A stretch of DNA of 64,000 bases from a virus, in IMG/VR virus record IMGVR_UViG_3300029892_000001; one strand, given 5' to 3'. Below are positions 40,781 to 50,394 of this stretch, in pieces. The notes beneath the pieces were generated by a model that worked only from the letters and a program-made list of their open reading frames with translations, had not been told where the DNA came from and searched no databases. The position numbers and the translations under genes are program-made. The stretch's first letter is position 1, and each line of letters begins with the position of its first letter.

Positions 40781-41233
40781 ATGGGTTGGGAGGGCTACAG
40801 CCAAAACTTCTGCGAGAATGGACACTTCTTCCGGGCGGCCATGGGCCCTGGAGAGGACGAGGACGTCACCGCGTGTGCGTGCGGGGCTGCAATCTCCAGG
40901 TCCAATATCGTGGATGACACGAACTGCGATGCTGTCGGGGTGATTCCCGACGAGGTATTGGCAGCCCTCCTCATCCGAGAACAGAAGACGGAACTTTGCA
41001 ATCTTGGCCACATACATGTGGTCGAGCGAGCAGTGTACCGAATTCCTTCCGAGGAAGAGTTCGAGGCCGTTCAACACCGCTGGGATTACGTCAACGAGAA
41101 GTTCGAACCTCTCGACACAAAGCTTTGGGAGGTCATCTGCGCAGTCCTAGACCGGCTCAAGTCCAACTTGGACAAGGCAGCGAAGGAAGCGCAGGAGTTC
41201 GCGGACGAGTTGGCGCGACGGGATTCCGACTAG
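40781..41233 (+). CDS. Cys/His-rich hypothetical protein
   Basis: EGYSQ.FCENGH, CACG, VDDTN motifs; AGGAGG RBS. Confidence 0.7.
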   Translation: MGWEGYSQNFCENGHFFRAAMGPGEDEDVTACACGAAISRSNIVDDTNCDAVGVIPDEVLAALLIREQKTELCNLGHIHVVERAVYRIPSEEEFEAVQHRWDYVNEKFEPLDTKLWEVICAVLDRLKSNLDKAAKEAQEFADELARRDSD

Positions 41234-41255
41234 CAAACGCTAGTTTGGATAATAC

Positions 41256-41408
41256 ACCGGTAGTTGTGGGTCATCTACCGGGGAAGAATAACCCTCCGAA
41301 GAGGAACGGGAGCACGGCCTGCGTAGGATGAAAGTGACGCCTACGTCGGCTTGGCTTCCAGGCAGATGCCTCCACGCGGGATGATACACACCCTAGGCCC
41401 GCACTTGT
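41256..41408 (+). ncRNA. structured intergenic RNA upstream of tRNA-like RNA 2
   Basis: Helices CCGGTAG/CTACCGG, CCTC-CGAA-GAGG, GCGTAGG/CCTACGT, GCGGG/CCCGC. Confidence 0.45.
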
Positions 41409-41553
41409 GGAGAGGTTGGCGGAAAACGTAGCGTTAGCGCAACGCTACGGTGGCAGACGCAACGGTATTAGGAGGCGACGCACCTCTGAATCCGTTGGGC
41501 ACTGATGGTGCTCGACATTGGTGCTCATGCTGGTTCGAATCCAGCACCTCTCC
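41409..41553 (+). ncRNA. oversized tRNA-like RNA 2 (145 nt)
   Basis: Acceptor GGAGAGGT/ACCTCTCC; D-stem GCG/CGC with GGAA and TGGCAGA; T-arm GCTGG-TTCGAAT-CCAGC; extra helices in D-loop, anticodon and variable arms. Confidence 0.75.
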
Positions 41554-41586
41554 CTCCTGAATTAATCTCAATAAGGAGGAATCTAC

Positions 41587-41916
41587 ATGACTACGGCAAG
41601 AGATGAGATCGAAGCTATCGTCAAGGATCTGAACGAGAAGTATCCGAAGGCACGGTTCTCGTTCGGCTACCTCTTCAATCACCCCTGTCCTCAGGACAGG
41701 CAGCAGTGGTACATGTTCACGCAGGTTTGCTGCGGGAATCCATACGATCCGGTTCCTCAGCGATTCCGATACGCCTTCAACGGCAAGGGATACTTCGACG
41801 CGATCCTAGACGAGACGAAGAGTCCTTCCTTCGAGCAGTGGGTCGAAAAGGTTGTGTCCCGGATCGACTCTCCAGAGAACCAGTCCTGGTTGGATCGCAT
41901 CGCACGTGAGGCCTGA
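41587..41916 (+). CDS. hypothetical protein
   Basis: TAAGGAGG RBS. Confidence 0.7.
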   Translation: MTTARDEIEAIVKDLNEKYPKARFSFGYLFNHPCPQDRQQWYMFTQVCCGNPYDPVPQRFRYAFNGKGYFDAILDETKSPSFEQWVEKVVSRIDSPENQSWLDRIAREA

Positions 41917-41918
41917 GA

Positions 41919-42326
41919 ATGACTCGTGAAGAAATGATCGCAGTCCTGGAGTCGCTTCCTGCGGGTACCGAAGTTCTTCTCGTTAGAGGAGACAATGCGT
42001 GGCCTCCTCTCGTGCGGCAGGACCACGGCGATAAAGTCGCATACATTTGCGTCGACACCGACAAGGCAAATGAGCATCGGAACTTTCACATCGGCGAGGT
42101 GTTCTCAAGGCCGGTCGAGCCGCCGAAGTCACGGCGCGAGAATCTCAAGACGTGGAAGGATATCTGTGCTCTGGCCGATCAGTACGGATTCCACGACGTA
42201 GAATTGACATTCGACATCGGAGAGGTGGTCATCTACACGGGCTTCGGTGTACGCCGTAAGGACGAGACGCTCGTCGAGATCGGCGAGGGATCTGAGGAGC
42301 GGATCAAGCGTACGCCAGCTAGGTAA
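41919..42326 (+). CDS. hypothetical protein
   Basis: 135 aa. Confidence 0.6.
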   Translation: MTREEMIAVLESLPAGTEVLLVRGDNAWPPLVRQDHGDKVAYICVDTDKANEHRNFHIGEVFSRPVEPPKSRRENLKTWKDICALADQYGFHDVELTFDIGEVVIYTGFGVRRKDETLVEIGEGSEERIKRTPAR

Positions 42327-42330
42327 CTAC

Positions 42331-42437
42331 GGAATGGCTGTCCTGCCGGCAGCCTTTTCCTACGGGCGGACAGCGCAAGCTGGTTTTTCACTAGGTAGCC
42401 GAGGGTGCCTAGGCCCGGAAAATCCCTCGGGCTTTTA
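42331..42437 (+). ncRNA. cluster of four consecutive hairpins (possible sRNA or terminator)
   Basis: GGCTGTC/GGCAGCC, CAGC-GCAA-GCTG, CTAGGTA/TGCCTAG, GGCCCG/CGGGCT+TTT. Confidence 0.4.
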
Positions 42438-42731
42438 GTCGGAGCCAAACATGAGACTGTTTGAAATCGTTCGTAGAGATACGAACATCATTCGAGTCAC
42501 TGTTGCCAAGGATCGAACGACGGTCAAGCTTCCGACCTACCTGTCAGAAGAGGACGAGCAAACGATCGTCGGATTCGTAAAGCGAATCGAGGACGACGTT
42601 CGATCCAAGTTCGACAAGACAATGCGTGGGCAAGTATACTACGACTTCGAGAAGAAGTGGGACCACCTGGTTCTTTTGTCGGACAACAAGAAGGACAAGG
42701 TCGAGTACAAAATCTAATCCAGCAGGTAACC

Positions 42732-43142
42732 GTGCGGCTCTTCCAAAAGGTCAAAGAGATTCGAAGTCGGCAGGGCGCTCTTCACTTCGAGCGCTTTGCT
42801 GTATTCGAGACTTCTCTTTTGTCCTTGTACATACATCGTATACACAAGGCAGACGAGGACGCTCACCTACACAGCCACCCGTGGAACTTTGTGGCCATGG
42901 TCCTGAGCGGTGCCTACACTGCCCGGGATACAAGAGGGTCAAGGCGAAAGGGCCCGCTGTCTGTTTCGTGGATGACGCGAAATGGATTCCACAAAATAGA
43001 GTCCATCCTAGATGGACCGGTAACCACCATTTTCCTGGCATATGGAAAACACCAACCCTGGGGATACTTGGTGGACGGCCAGACCGTGGACTCCGAAACC
43101 TATCGCCGCCTCAAGAACGAAAAGAGATGGACTGATGGATAA
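42732..43142 (+). CDS. cupin-like phage protein
   Basis: LYIH.I..AD.D..LHSHPW.F...VLSG.Y...FH.I motif; start uncertain. Confidence 0.65.
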   Translation: MRLFQKVKEIRSRQGALHFERFAVFETSLLSLYIHRIHKADEDAHLHSHPWNFVAMVLSGAYTARDTRGSRRKGPLSVSWMTRNGFHKIESILDGPVTTIFLAYGKHQPWGYLVDGQTVDSETYRRLKNEKRWTDG

Positions 43143-43293
43143 CACGGTGTTTGTACTAACGCTGAACGATATGGTGGGCCTCGCGGTATTGGCGGCGTTC
43201 GTTCTGGTTCTTGTCCTATTTTTGGCATGGACAGGCGTACAAAGTCTGTGGTTCCGTGTCAAAAAGGCACTAAGGAAGAAGGACACCTGAGCA

Positions 43294-44526
43294 ATGCTGC
43301 TAGTCCAAGAATTCCTGAAGACGAAGACGCTAGCGGCTCTCGAACAGGAGCACGGCGTCAAGGGTCGGATCGAACGAGGCTATAAGGTCTCGCTTAACTA
43401 CGACCAAATTCTAGCCAAGGAATCGGATAAGCTCGCACAACAGTGCCGTGGGCTTGTCTTGAGGACGCGTCTAGGGGACCCTCCGATCGTCGAGGACAAG
43501 GCCCTCGGAGAGACAGTCGTACTTGCTCGTCCGTTCGATCGCTTTTTCAACCACGGTCAGGAAGCAGCGGCCACCGTCGACCTGGAGCACCCGGAGACTG
43601 CGGTCTTCGAAAAGCTCGACGGTACTCTCTGCATCGTCTACCACGACGATCTACAGGGAGACTGGCACGTGGCAACCCGAGCCGTGTCGGAAGCAAACCT
43701 TCCGGTCAACGGCTGGGATCAATTCACGTTTCGAACTCTGTTCGAAAAGGCCCTATCGGAAAGTCTCGGAGCAAAGTTCAAGGAGTGGACGGGCGATCTC
43801 GATCGCTCTCACACTTACATGTTCGAGCTTTGTACTCCAATGAACCAAGTCGTCGTGGCCCACGAAGACTATTCGGTGACCCTAATCGGCTGCCGTGAAA
43901 CGCAGACTGGTAGGGAGTTCTGGCCGCACGAGATCGCACCACAAATCAAGGTTCCCCACGTCGATCGGCATCGCTTCGGCAACGTCGAGGAAATGCTGGA
44001 GTTCGTGAGGCAGCGAGACCCGAGGAAGTTCGAGGGAATCGTCGCCTGCCAAGAGGCGGAGCCGGGATTCTTCCGACGAATCAAGATCAAGAACGCACAA
44101 TACTTGGCGTTCTCTCGTCTGAAGGACGCGATCTCGTCGCCCCGAAACGTCATGATGCTCATCCTCGGCGAGAACCTGGACGATGCATTCGTGGTCATGC
44201 CAGAAGAAATCAAGGAGCGGGCCCTCAACATGCAAGAGGGAATTCGCCGGATGTTCTTCGACTACAAGCGAGACTACCAGCGTCTCTACGACAGCGTCTG
44301 TGCATCCGTGCCGGACGAACCGCACGGTTCCAAGGAGCACCGGAAGGCGTTTGCTCTCGCAGCAAAGTCTTCTGGAATCTGGTTCGAGCCGGCAATGCTG
44401 CAATACAGTGGCAAGTGCAGAGACGCTCACCACTTCGTGTGGCAAAAGCGCGACGACAACGGCAGCTATCCACCGAGCTTCTTGGATTACCTGATAGACC
44501 AGGCAGAAAAGAAGGTCGCTCCCTGA
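43294..44526 (+). CDS. T4 Rnl1-like RNA ligase
   Basis: CRGLVL, FDRFFN, EKLDGT (motif I), TYMFEL, EGIV, IKIKN..YL. Confidence 0.85.
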   Translation: MLLVQEFLKTKTLAALEQEHGVKGRIERGYKVSLNYDQILAKESDKLAQQCRGLVLRTRLGDPPIVEDKALGETVVLARPFDRFFNHGQEAAATVDLEHPETAVFEKLDGTLCIVYHDDLQGDWHVATRAVSEANLPVNGWDQFTFRTLFEKALSESLGAKFKEWTGDLDRSHTYMFELCTPMNQVVVAHEDYSVTLIGCRETQTGREFWPHEIAPQIKVPHVDRHRFGNVEEMLEFVRQRDPRKFEGIVACQEAEPGFFRRIKIKNAQYLAFSRLKDAISSPRNVMMLILGENLDDAFVVMPEEIKERALNMQEGIRRMFFDYKRDYQRLYDSVCASVPDEPHGSKEHRKAFALAAKSSGIWFEPAMLQYSGKCRDAHHFVWQKRDDNGSYPPSFLDYLIDQAEKKVAP

Positions 44527-44564
44527 GAATAGAGGGTCGCTTCGGCGGCCCTCTTCTCGTTTAA
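44525..44564 (+). terminator. hairpin + TTTAA element
   Basis: AGAGGGTCGC-TTCG-GCGGCCCTCT...G-TTTAA. Confidence 0.75.
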
Positions 44565-44768
44565 GGGGACGAAATGCCGTATCGAAAAGAAGAGCTTCGG
44601 TGCCATTTCCACGAGCGACATCCGGGTCACTTGGTTACGTTGGGGTCGTGGGTGGTCTGGAATGTATAAGTGGCGGTGCCTCGTCTGCGGAGGCCACGCG
44701 CCGTTTTGGCGTTGGTTTATGGCTCTATTCGTAGAGGTTCACATACCTACTGGACCTCCTGAGAGAAC

Positions 44769-44785
44769 GAACCCAGCAGATAATA
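44769..44785 (+). promoter_or_regulatory. 17-bp motif copy 13 (GAACCCAGCAGATAATA)
   Basis: Consensus; AGGAGG RBS follows. Confidence 0.7.
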
Positions 44786-45095
44786 GGCGCTAGGAGGCGA
44801 CGATAATGAATCTGAACGACAGAATGTTCGCCGAGCGATACGGCGGTCACGAAGGATACGGTCCCTGCTTGTGCTGCGGGCGTCCGTACATTCACGAGGC
44901 TCCATACTGCGAGTGCACCATTCTCATGGATCTTCAAGAGGATGGTGTCTCCGACCCGGTTCGAGAGGAGTACCAGTTGAGAAATCCTCCTCTCCAGGGA
45001 CCGCTGCCGGAATCCGAATATGGGTACATAAGGATTCCCAGCCTGGACGAGCTGTTCAGCAAGTAGGCAAGCAAGTAGGTAGGAAGGTCAGGATA

Positions 45096-45605
45096 ATGAA
45101 TAGACATCAAAGAGTGAGGCAGGCCCTGGAGTCTCTGGTCAGCCCGAGTGACCGCTATCACCCCGAGAGTCCGAAAGAGCCGATCAAGCCTCGCGAACCT
45201 CTACCCACGATTTCCAAGTGGGAAAAGATCATGGGCGATGCTAGTTGCCGCAGTCTTTCGGAGATCGTCGACGAGAGCCTCTGCAAGGCCGGAATCGATC
45301 CGGAGTCTGTTCCTGAGAATCTTCGAGAGGCTTTCGACCGTACCTCGATCGAAGTAGACCGAGATTCGTACGATGACTCGCCGTCCATTCGAGTAGATTG
45401 GGAAGAGCGTTCTCCCAACCCGATCTACGAAGTACAAAAGAAGTACTACGACGAGGCTCTTGTTCTCTACGAAAAGGAGTGCCAAGAGTACGTCGAGAAG
45501 ATCGAAAAGTGGGTGCAGAATCGGAACGCACACCACGCCAAGCTCGAAGAGCAGAAAGAACTCGCCGAGCTTGCAAGGCTCCAGGCGAAGTACGGAAAGA
45601 AGTAA
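45096..45605 (+). CDS. hypothetical coiled-coil protein
   Basis: C-terminal ELAELARLQAKYG. Confidence 0.6.
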   Translation: MNRHQRVRQALESLVSPSDRYHPESPKEPIKPREPLPTISKWEKIMGDASCRSLSEIVDESLCKAGIDPESVPENLREAFDRTSIEVDRDSYDDSPSIRVDWEERSPNPIYEVQKKYYDEALVLYEKECQEYVEKIEKWVQNRNAHHAKLEEQKELAELARLQAKYGKK

Positions 45606-46249
45606 GTAATGCTGACCAAGAAACCTCGTCGTTGGACGATGCCTGGGAGATCATGAAGCGCAATAGCTTCGATGTTCGAGCCAGCTCGGAAACGGAGGCT
45701 GCGGAGAAGGCTCTGAAAGGCCTAGTCAAAGAACACGAAATCCAAGAGGGACTTTCTGTAGTCCTTCATTACAACTGAGGTAGGAAATAATGAAGGCAAA
45801 GCATTTTCTCGGTGCTACAATGGCACTCCTCGGAGCGGATAACCCGCTCCTGGACTACCGACCGAAGTTCCGGGAGCGGGACCTACGGTCGGACCAAACC
45901 TCGAACAGACTCCTGAAGGAAGCCGAGGAAAAGCGGGCGAGGAAGGCCGCCAAGAGACTTTCCAATGCGAAGTCTTCTGGACAAGATTGACCAGATCCTA
46001 GTCGTCGAAAGCGATCTGTACCAAAAGAAGCTGAGGAACAAGGCGACAGGAAAGGTCTACGAAATCGAGAAAGTCCTAGCCCAGAAATGGAAACTCAATA
46101 ACCACACTGGCTGGCTACTCGCACTTCTGATAGAAATCAACGGCTCTCACGGATTCATCTACTGGCAGAATATCAACTGCACTGAGCCATACGTCAGAGC
46201 TGCCTGTGAGAGAAACGCCAATGCCTATGAATGGGTTTAGGAGCAAGTC

Positions 46250-46999
46250 ATGAGTCGAACATTCATTTTCGGAGACGTTCACGGCTGTCTCGTCGAGTTG
46301 GACGCCCTCCTGGACCAACTCAAGCTGACGAATAAGGACAGGCTCGTTTTCGCGGGCGACCTTGTGGACAAGGGCCCTGACTCCGCTGGGGTCGTCCGTC
46401 GTGTCCGTGAGCTTTCCAAGCGCATGCAGGTGGACCTCGTGCTCGGCAATCACGAGGAAAACCACATTCGCTGGATGGGAAAGACGCCCGATGAAAAGGC
46501 GAAGATGAAGCGCCACGTCGAGTTCACCAAGATCCACAAGAACATGAGCGATGCCGACCGAGAATATCTCAAGTCGGCTCGTCTCTATGTCGAGATCCCG
46601 GGTGGCCTCGTAACTCACGCAGGCATTCCGGAATTCCTGAAGCGCCTGCCCGAGTTGGGTGATTTCGACAAGCTGCCACGCAAGGCCAGAGACCTTGCAA
46701 AGCAAATGTGCCGGCTTCGGTACATCGATGCAGAAGGCAAGTTTGTTGGCCTGTACGATACGGATCCCACGATCCATACGTATTGGGCCGAGGTATACGA
46801 CGGCCGATTCGGAAAGGTGTTCTTCGGGCACCAGCCATTCATGCAAGACGAACCGAAGGTTTTCGAGAATGCGGTCGGGATCGATCTTGGCTGTGTGTTC
46901 GGAGGCTACCTCTGCGCGATCGAGCTACTCGAATCAGGCTACACGGTCCACTTGGAAAAGGGACGTCAGCAGTACGCTCCGCTATACGGAGAAGAGTAG
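46250..46999 (+). CDS. PPP-family metallophosphoesterase (PrpE/ApaH-like)
   Basis: GDVHG, GDLVDKG, GNHE, HAG, FGH, IDLGCVFGG motifs. Confidence 0.9.
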   Translation: MSRTFIFGDVHGCLVELDALLDQLKLTNKDRLVFAGDLVDKGPDSAGVVRRVRELSKRMQVDLVLGNHEENHIRWMGKTPDEKAKMKRHVEFTKIHKNMSDADREYLKSARLYVEIPGGLVTHAGIPEFLKRLPELGDFDKLPRKARDLAKQMCRLRYIDAEGKFVGLYDTDPTIHTYWAEVYDGRFGKVFFGHQPFMQDEPKVFENAVGIDLGCVFGGYLCAIELLESGYTVHLEKGRQQYAPLYGEE

Positions 47000-47093
47000 T
47001 GCTTCTGCCATCTTCCAGCCACGTTCGGTAGGCTCGAATCTGGCGATTGGAGATCGGAACTGGCGATTTCCAGGTCGTCAAGGTGCTCTGAGA

Positions 47094-47132
47094 AGGCTAG
47101 GCCCGCCTCGTGCGGGCCAAAGCCTTTTAACA
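47094..47132 (+). terminator. hairpin ending in CAAAGCCTTTTAACA
   Basis: AAGGCT-A-GGCCCGC...GCGGGCC-AA-AGCCTT-TTAA; 15-mer at 47118-47132. Confidence 0.65.
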
Positions 47133-47220
47133 CGTACGGCTGCCGTAGCAGTCCAGCCAGAAAAGTTGCGCAAAAGTTGAACAGTGGCCAAAACTCCTAT
47201 AGTTTATGAGTGGAGGCCTC

Positions 47221-47499
47221 ATGATGTTACGTAAGTTCCTTGTCATTTTGTTCCTTTTGCTGGCCGCTTGTGCACCACCAACAGATTTCAGCCGGCAAGG
47301 GTGTATCGATCGCTGCACTCAATGTGGAATTGACGTCTGTGATCAAATATGCACAAGCCTTGACGAGGGCTTTCAAAGCACCAACTGCCACCAACCTTCT
47401 GAACAGGTGTGGGAGTGTGCGCTAGTTGCCGAGTGTGAATTCCCCACTACATGCTCATACGAAATCACTGAGTTTCTGGGCTGTCAGCCTGCCTTCTAG
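47221..47499 (+). CDS. Cys-rich lipoprotein
   Basis: Signal peptide with LAAC lipobox; ~10 Cys in mature part. Confidence 0.65.
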   Translation: MMLRKFLVILFLLLAACAPPTDFSRQGCIDRCTQCGIDVCDQICTSLDEGFQSTNCHQPSEQVWECALVAECEFPTTCSYEITEFLGCQPAF

Positions 47500-47507
47500 C
47501 GAGTAGC

Positions 47508-47524
47508 GAACCCAGCCGATAGTA
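47508..47524 (+). promoter_or_regulatory. 17-bp motif copy 14 (GAACCCAGCCGATAGTA)
   Basis: Core CCAGCCG complementary to CGGCTGG at 47536-47542. Confidence 0.75.
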
Positions 47525-48198
47525 AATAGTAGCAACGGCTGGCGCCGGGAGGGCAGAATGTTGAACCTCGACAAGGACCGTGAACGTATCCTCAACGGCT
47601 GGATGCGTACGTATCTCGACATGGAATACATCCTGACGGAGGAGAGTTTCAAGACGCTTCTCCGACGGGAGGGGCTCAGGCTGTCTCGGATCTACCGAGC
47701 CATGCTCAGGCCGGTGGAACTCGGCGAGACTTCGCAGAAGGTCCTCGATATCTACGAGGAGCAGTTCGCGAATGTCATGACGGTCCACGGCGGATTCTTC
47801 ATCGAGTGCTGAAGCCTCCGCACCCGCTTCCATCGAGAGGGATGAATAATGAGAAAGCACAAGCTGTTCTTCACGACACCGGCTGCGGCTGGCTACGGTG
47901 CGCGAATCTACCTGTCGAGAGAAGCGACGGGAGAAAGCGAACGAGCGCACGAGACCCTCACATTCGTGTCTCGTTGGCAGGGATCCGACAAGACGTTCAA
48001 GGATTCGCTGGGCACGACATTCCTGGGCTACGAAATGGCCCAGAAGATGGCGGATGCCATGACGGATCTGCTGGAGCGAAAGGGGTTCCAGCAGGAAGTC
48101 CCCTTCCAGGAGTGATGCAACGATCCTTGGGGCAATAGTATCATCTACACTCACATCTACGGGCCTCGACGCCATCGGGATCCGTGGGAGGACTAATC

Positions 48199-48618
48199 AT
48201 GGAAGACGTCGCCGAGGAGCGCAAGGTCCCGCCGGACTACTGGCTGGTCAAGGTTCCCTGTCGCGGATTCTGGAGAGAAGACATCCAGGAGATGACGACT
48301 GCGATCTGGACAGTGTACGTGTTCGATCGCAATCTGCACGTCCACATCTGCTCGCTCACTCCGTCTTACGAGCTACACTTCGCTGGATACGATTACATCG
48401 AAGTCGATGGTTTGCTGGACGAAGTGAGTAACGATCTGAACGAGATGATCGTCACGGCAGAGTCCGAGTTGATCGACTACTCGGACGTCAGCACCATCGA
48501 CAGGATCATCGAAGCCAATCCGCAGTTGGCCAAGCAAGTCGACTGGAACCTGGACCCCGACAGTGATCCCTTCCAAGAGATTGCTGAAGCCTGGTGTACG
48601 GGCTCGGCGACGTTCTGA
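48199..48618 (+). CDS. acidic hypothetical protein
   Basis: GGAGG + TAATCATG. Confidence 0.65.
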   Translation: MEDVAEERKVPPDYWLVKVPCRGFWREDIQEMTTAIWTVYVFDRNLHVHICSLTPSYELHFAGYDYIEVDGLLDEVSNDLNEMIVTAESELIDYSDVSTIDRIIEANPQLAKQVDWNLDPDSDPFQEIAEAWCTGSATF

Positions 48619-48650
48619 GCATGGGCCCTGCGGGGCCCTTGCTCGTTTAA
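48617..48650 (+). terminator. hairpin + TTTAA element
   Basis: GAGCA.GGGCCC-TGCG-GGGCCC.TGCTC-G-TTTAA. Confidence 0.7.
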
Positions 48651-48969
48651 GGAGGTCTTATGTGGCAGCGCGTGATGCCGAATCAGCCTGGGGTATACTG
48701 GACTCGGGCTAATAATTGGGATGTAGTTGGGTTGCTTACAGTGGCGAGCCTACCCAGCGGCGCCCTATTTTGCCCGCAGCATCCTGTACGGGGGCTTGAC
48801 CACGTACTTGTTGAAGGGACTTCCTGGAAGGGATGGTGGTGGAGCGAACCGATTTCAGAATGTCCCCCGATTCCTGGACCGGATGAGGCCGTCGTAGAGG
48901 ATGGTTCAATCTATTACTGCAACTGCAACGACGCAGACCTTCCTATCACAAGGCAGTGTCCAGTTCACG

Positions 48970-49434
48970 ATGCCTAAGAAATACGTACCTAAGACGAAGG
49001 CTTCCAAAGATATCAATCTGCTTAGGCAGCCGTCCTTCATCGTCGAAGTTGAGGATGAAAACAAACTCAGAAGCGTTTGCCGAGAAGCAATAGAAAAGGC
49101 CCGAGACCGCTTCGGTCCCGAGATTGGAGAGGGACGAAATCGGATCTGCTTTCGCATCAGCCCTACCGAAGTAATCAAGATCCCTCTCAATGAGACCGGT
49201 TTCCACGCCAACTTCTACGAGGCAAACTCTTGGGATGAACAGCCCGAGTTCCTTGCCCGATGTAACTTCGACGACAGTTTGGGAAAAGAACTTGGCATCG
49301 CTGTACTCCGGATGGAATATGTCGAACATGTTGGTTGGTCTGAGAAACCAGATTGGACATGGGGAATCGATGGTGGGCAAGTGGGTCGCACTGTAGACGG
49401 TCGACTCGTTGCATACGATTGGGACCACTGCTAA
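48970..49434 (+). CDS. minimal protein-kinase-like fold protein
   Basis: IGEG.NR..F......VIKIP.....N..E, MEYV, Q.G....G.LVAYDW. Confidence 0.5.
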   Translation: MPKKYVPKTKASKDINLLRQPSFIVEVEDENKLRSVCREAIEKARDRFGPEIGEGRNRICFRISPTEVIKIPLNETGFHANFYEANSWDEQPEFLARCNFDDSLGKELGIAVLRMEYVEHVGWSEKPDWTWGIDGGQVGRTVDGRLVAYDWDHC

Positions 49435-49436
49435 CC

Positions 49437-49453
49437 GAACCCTGCTGATAGTA
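49437..49453 (+). promoter_or_regulatory. 17-bp motif copy 15 (GAACCCTGCTGATAGTA)
   Basis: Core CTGCTG complementary to CAGCAG at 49468-49473. Confidence 0.75.
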
Positions 49454-49486
49454 AAGCGAAACCAGGGCAGCAGCGGAGGAATAATC

Positions 49487-50065
49487 ATGAGCGATAACGA
49501 GAATCCGAAGTTCGTGGTCAGCTACGATCTCGAAGCCGAGTACGATTTCCAGGGGAAGCGATACCGCATCCGAGTCGGTGCTCATCGCAGCCTCACGAAT
49601 CCCGAGTACTTCCCGAAGATCGTGAAGTGCATCGGGACGGTCATGCATCACGACCACCGGGAATTCCACACGTTCCCGGATCGTGAAGTGGTCAAGGTGT
49701 TCTCCGAGATGGAAGGCTTCCCTCTGGTCGGGGCTCGCTGGAAGGATGACTACTCCGACGTCGAGTACGACGGCGAGCGGGGAGACCTTTGGGGCGACGA
49801 GCACACCGTGTACCTCAAGGCTCACGCCCTGAAGTTCCGTACCATCCCGTCCTTCAAGAAGATCGAGGTCTACTTCCTGACCGAATACGGTTGGGATACT
49901 GGGATGGTCGAGGTTCCGGCGGATGTGGCCCAATCGGAATCCCAAGACGCGTTCTTGAATTGGGTCCATTCTGAGAAGGGCGAGGGTTTCCGGGAAACCT
50001 GGACGCCATCCATGGTGGCAGTCTTCGTCGCCAACTGGAATGCTCACGAAGAAGAGGAGGTCTAA
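49487..50065 (+). CDS. hypothetical protein
   Basis: GGAGGAATAATCATG context. Confidence 0.7.
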   Translation: MSDNENPKFVVSYDLEAEYDFQGKRYRIRVGAHRSLTNPEYFPKIVKCIGTVMHHDHREFHTFPDREVVKVFSEMEGFPLVGARWKDDYSDVEYDGERGDLWGDEHTVYLKAHALKFRTIPSFKKIEVYFLTEYGWDTGMVEVPADVAQSESQDAFLNWVHSEKGEGFRETWTPSMVAVFVANWNAHEEEEV

Positions 50066-50394
50066 TCAATCATGATGCCACTCACAGCAAATCTGGTCAC
50101 GGTCTATCAGGTGGACGACACCGACGGAGACCGACGCCACACTCCGAAGTACTTCCTCCAAAAGGCGGAAGCGATGGCCTACCAGAAAGAGGGCGGCGGG
50201 TATCGCTCCTACGCTGGAGAGAAGAAGGCCATCGCGGTGCTCGACGAAGATGACAATGATTCCAAGTCATACTTCCTCGTCGAAGACATCACGATGAAGA
50301 TGTCTCACGTAAACGTCAAGAAGCTCCGAGAACAGGCGATCGCAAAGCTCACGCGAGTCGAGCGAGTCGCTCTCGGAATCTCGGAGGACTGACG

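Noticed and set aside
41321-41346. Group II intron domain V (ATGAAAGT loop)
   Set aside because: No AGC/CGC triad in the right register and no other intron domains or reverse transcriptase.
33196-41553. Calling the two T-arm elements ordinary tRNA genes or tmRNA
   Set aside because: No canonical 5-bp stem/7-nt loop anticodon arm with U33, no G3-U70, no tag reading frame.
42331-42437. c-di-GMP-I (GEMM) riboswitch, from GGTAGCCGAGGGTGCC
   Set aside because: The 5' GGCAAAC..GAAA..GACGCAAAGC half is missing.
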